DNA from: Endomicrobiales bacterium | GTDB lineage: Bacteria > Elusimicrobiota > Endomicrobiia > Endomicrobiales > CAWCFT01 | Direction of reading: 5' to 3' | NCBI GenBank assembly: GCA_963794945.1 | Contig: CAWCFT010000015.1 | Location: forward strand, 96,001-160,000 | Length of the DNA stretch: 64,000 nucleotides | Part shown: positions 61,590-64,000 of the stretch, one piece after another | Position numbering within the stretch: the stretch's first letter is position 1 | Layout: every line of letters starts with the position of its first letter | Notes under the pieces: generated by a model | The model's database searches: none | The model's input: the letters and a program-made list of their open reading frames with translations, nothing else | What the model was told of the DNA's origin: nothing | Translations under genes and position numbers: made by a program

Positions 61590-62722
61590 TTTACCCATGT
61601 TACCTTTTGTGACCTGTTGAAATAAAATAACATCCCTTTAAGTGCGTCTATATTCAACGCGCAGAATGCATATGGTATAGTAAACAACTTCAACTCTGAT
61701 CCGATCAGTTTTGAACCGAATAAAGCGCACAGATAGAAAAATACCTGCAAAATAAATATAAAAACGTACAAATGCTCATTTAAGGCAAATATATTAGAAG
61801 CAAATGCCAGGATCAAAAAAAATGGCACAACAACTCTCAAAACCTTGTGCGATATGAGTTGAAACGCTATTCTGCTAGCGAATGGGTTCAACATATCACT
61901 GCATTTAAAAAATATCTGCCAGTTCCCGGCAAGCGTCCGAACCTTTCTTCTGGATTCAGTCTCCCTTGACGTTGAAACCTCATCGTAAGCCACGGCGAGC
62001 TGTTCGAAAATTGAGCGAAATCCTTTTTTAACCGTCATAAGCGGTATAAAGACATCGTCTAGTAGTGTATCACTATCCGACCGCGTGAACAAATCCTTCC
62101 TGATCGCATATATGGCGCCTGTCGCGCCTATCATAGAGTCAACACTGCTTTCGCATTTTCTTATGAACTTCTCATATTTCCAGTACGCGCCCAGGCTGTC
62201 CCCGAATTTATTGGTACCGCTATTTTTGAGAATAAGAGCCCCGCTGACGCAACCGATGGACGTATCTGCAAAATTCCTAACAAGTTCAAGTATGGCATTA
62301 TTTTCAAATACCTGCCTCGCGTCGGCGAAAACGATTATCTCACCTCTTGCTTCAGCAACGATACGGTTCAGAACATTTACTTTTCCTTCTCTTGAGCTGA
62401 ATTTGTAGCATCTTACTCTTTCAGAACTATTTTTGTCCAAGATCTCATTTGTTCTGTCGGATGAGCCATCCGAGCCGATCAGTATTTCCAGCTTTTCCTC
62501 CGGGTAATCAAGTTCAAGGCAATTATGTATCTTTCTTTCAATTGACGCTTCCTCATTATAAGCGGCTATAACTATACTGACAGAGGGCAGGATATCAGCT
62601 TTTTTAACCGGTCTATTGAAAAGCACGCTCATGGCCCATATAATGAGCGGATATAGGACATAAGTATATAGAATAACTAAAATCGAAATAATAAAGACTG
62701 CCTTAAAGAACATATAATTCAT
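61586..62722 (-). CDS. GT2 glycosyltransferase
   Basis: AAYNEE, SDGSSD, FADA, GATGAIYAIR, LDD, RKVRTLAG. Confidence 0.92.
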   Translation of the reverse strand: MNYMFFKAVFIISILVILYTYVLYPLIIWAMSVLFNRPVKKADILPSVSIVIAAYNEEASIERKIHNCLELDYPEEKLEILIGSDGSSDRTNEILDKNSSERVRCYKFSSREGKVNVLNRIVAEARGEIIVFADARQVFENNAILELVRNFADTSIGCVSGALILKNSGTNKFGDSLGAYWKYEKFIRKCESSVDSMIGATGAIYAIRKDLFTRSDSDTLLDDVFIPLMTVKKGFRSIFEQLAVAYDEVSTSRETESRRKVRTLAGNWQIFFKCSDMLNPFASRIAFQLISHKVLRVVVPFFLILAFASNIFALNEHLYVFIFILQVFFYLCALFGSKLIGSELKLFTIPYAFCALNIDALKGMLFYFNRSQKVTWVK

Positions 62723-62731
62723 ACCTGTCCT

Positions 62732-63844
62732 CTAATTATAGAGCTTCGAATACAGGCTTGTGTATTCTCTGCTCATATTTTCAGATGAATACTCATTTAC
62801 AACTTTTCTATAGGCATTTCCGGCTAAAAGTACCGACAAACTCTCGTCGTTAAGCAAACTTACCATAGCCTTATGTAAACCATCTGTATCTCCAGGCTTT
62901 ACAAGTATGCCTGTTTGCCCATTAATTATTAATTTGGGTATGTCTCCGGTTTCCGAAGCGATGATGCATTTACCAGAAGCCATTGCTTCCAATAATGCTA
63001 TAGGCATTCCTTCTACTAGCGAAGGCAGCACAAAAATATCTATTATACTCAACACTCTGGGAATATCTTTTCTTACGCCCGCAAAAACAACTTTATCACT
63101 GATACCGAGAACCCGTGCGGCCTGTTCGAGGCCGCTCCTAAGCGGCCCGTCCCCGGCTATCAGAAGCTTTGTTCCGGGAACACTTTCCATGACCCTCTTG
63201 GCAGCCTCCAGAAGATGGATGTGACCTTTTTCCTGCGACATCCTGCCTACCGTGCCGATTATCTTGTCGCCCGGGGAAAAACCGAGCTCTTTTCGAAGGT
63301 TTTCATCCTTTTTCCCGCTCGAAAATCGCTCCAAACCGATACCGTTGCTGATAGTTGATATTTTTTTGAGCGGTATACCGGAACTGATAAGTTCGTTCTT
63401 TATGTCGCCTGAAACTGCCACTATGGCATCAAAGAAGCGAAGCAGTATTTTATCGATGACAGAGTATACTATAAGAGTGCGGTCCGTCTTTATCCAGTTG
63501 TGAACAGTGGACACCTTTTTGACCTTAGAAAATACGGTTGCCGTCAAACCGTACATATTTGATTTATATCCGTGGCAGTGAATGATATCGATGTTTTGAG
63601 TTGACGCGAATCTGCGAATTTCCGATACAGTAATAAGATCGAACCTGCCGCCGCATTTGAAAAGTACAGCGGGGAGTTTCTTTTCTATAGCGGCTTCATA
63701 AAGCTCAAGATGTGGATTGTGAAGGTTATTTAGAACACCGATAGTGGCCTGCGTTGCACCGCCGTTCATCTTAAGACATAGTTCGAGTGCAACATTTTCA
63801 GCGCCAAAATATCCTATACTGCTAATTAAGTGAAGTATCTTCAG
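62732..63844 (-). CDS. GT4 glycosyltransferase (probable CTG start at 63844)
   Basis: KILHLISS.G.FGAE, HCHGYK, EKG, EGMPIALLEAMA. Confidence 0.9.
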   Translation of the reverse strand: MKILHLISSIGYFGAENVALELCLKMNGGATQATIGVLNNLHNPHLELYEAAIEKKLPAVLFKCGGRFDLITVSEIRRFASTQNIDIIHCHGYKSNMYGLTATVFSKVKKVSTVHNWIKTDRTLIVYSVIDKILLRFFDAIVAVSGDIKNELISSGIPLKKISTISNGIGLERFSSGKKDENLRKELGFSPGDKIIGTVGRMSQEKGHIHLLEAAKRVMESVPGTKLLIAGDGPLRSGLEQAARVLGISDKVVFAGVRKDIPRVLSIIDIFVLPSLVEGMPIALLEAMASGKCIIASETGDIPKLIINGQTGILVKPGDTDGLHKAMVSLLNDESLSVLLAGNAYRKVVNEYSSENMSREYTSLYSKLYN

Positions 63845-63866
63845 ATATTTTTCTCCTAGCTATAAC

Positions 63867-64000
63867 TTAAATTGGAGTTTTAACTGGATTAAGCTTGTCC
63901 TTAAGATCATCGCAAGCTATTAAACACCCTCTCACAACCAGTGCCAGGAAAACCCAAAAAAATGTACCTACTTCGGTGTGTGTCCATCTATCGCCAAATA
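63867..64000 (-). CDS. C-terminus of a membrane protein, possibly O-antigen ligase/Wzy-like (partial)
   Basis: FGDRWTHTEVGTFFWVFLALVVRG...PI*; upstream of glycosyltransferases. Confidence 0.5.
   Translation of the reverse strand, partial: FGDRWTHTEVGTFFWVFLALVVRGCLIACDDLKDKLNPVKTPI

Overview
Bacterial chromosome segment, probably Elusimicrobiota-like (inferred from gene content, not confirmed), with almost all genes on the minus strand. 1-39 kb is mostly housekeeping and envelope genes: tRNA-Pro, rdgB, rph, valS, M23 peptidase/bactofilin, maf, AmmeMemo radical SAM, cutA, HD-GYP, argF, a PAS histidine kinase, a rearranged Tol-Pal cluster, an ABC transporter and a ParB-fold/phosphoesterase pair. 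39.2-49.3 kb is an AT-rich ~10.1 kb integrative element in tRNA-Leu(TAA). It duplicates the 5' half of the tRNA rather than the 3' end, which separates the intact tRNA from its consensus promoter. It carries a tyrosine integrase, Xis, a small replication-like module with iteron-like repeats, a structured leader with a terminator and no visible repressor, plus cargo (protease-TPR gene split by IS256, secreted HNH, HEXXH protein, PIN toxin with an unannotated partner). 49.5-64 kb is an exopolysaccharide locus containing two paralogous FN3 proteins with T9SS-like C-terminal domains, next to a PorV-like barrel gene. Many gene junctions carry inverted heptamer-repeat hairpins whose unit sequence differs from site to site. 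About 15 apparent frameshifts, including one in essential valS, suggest uncorrected indel errors. All product calls come from motif recognition, not database searches.
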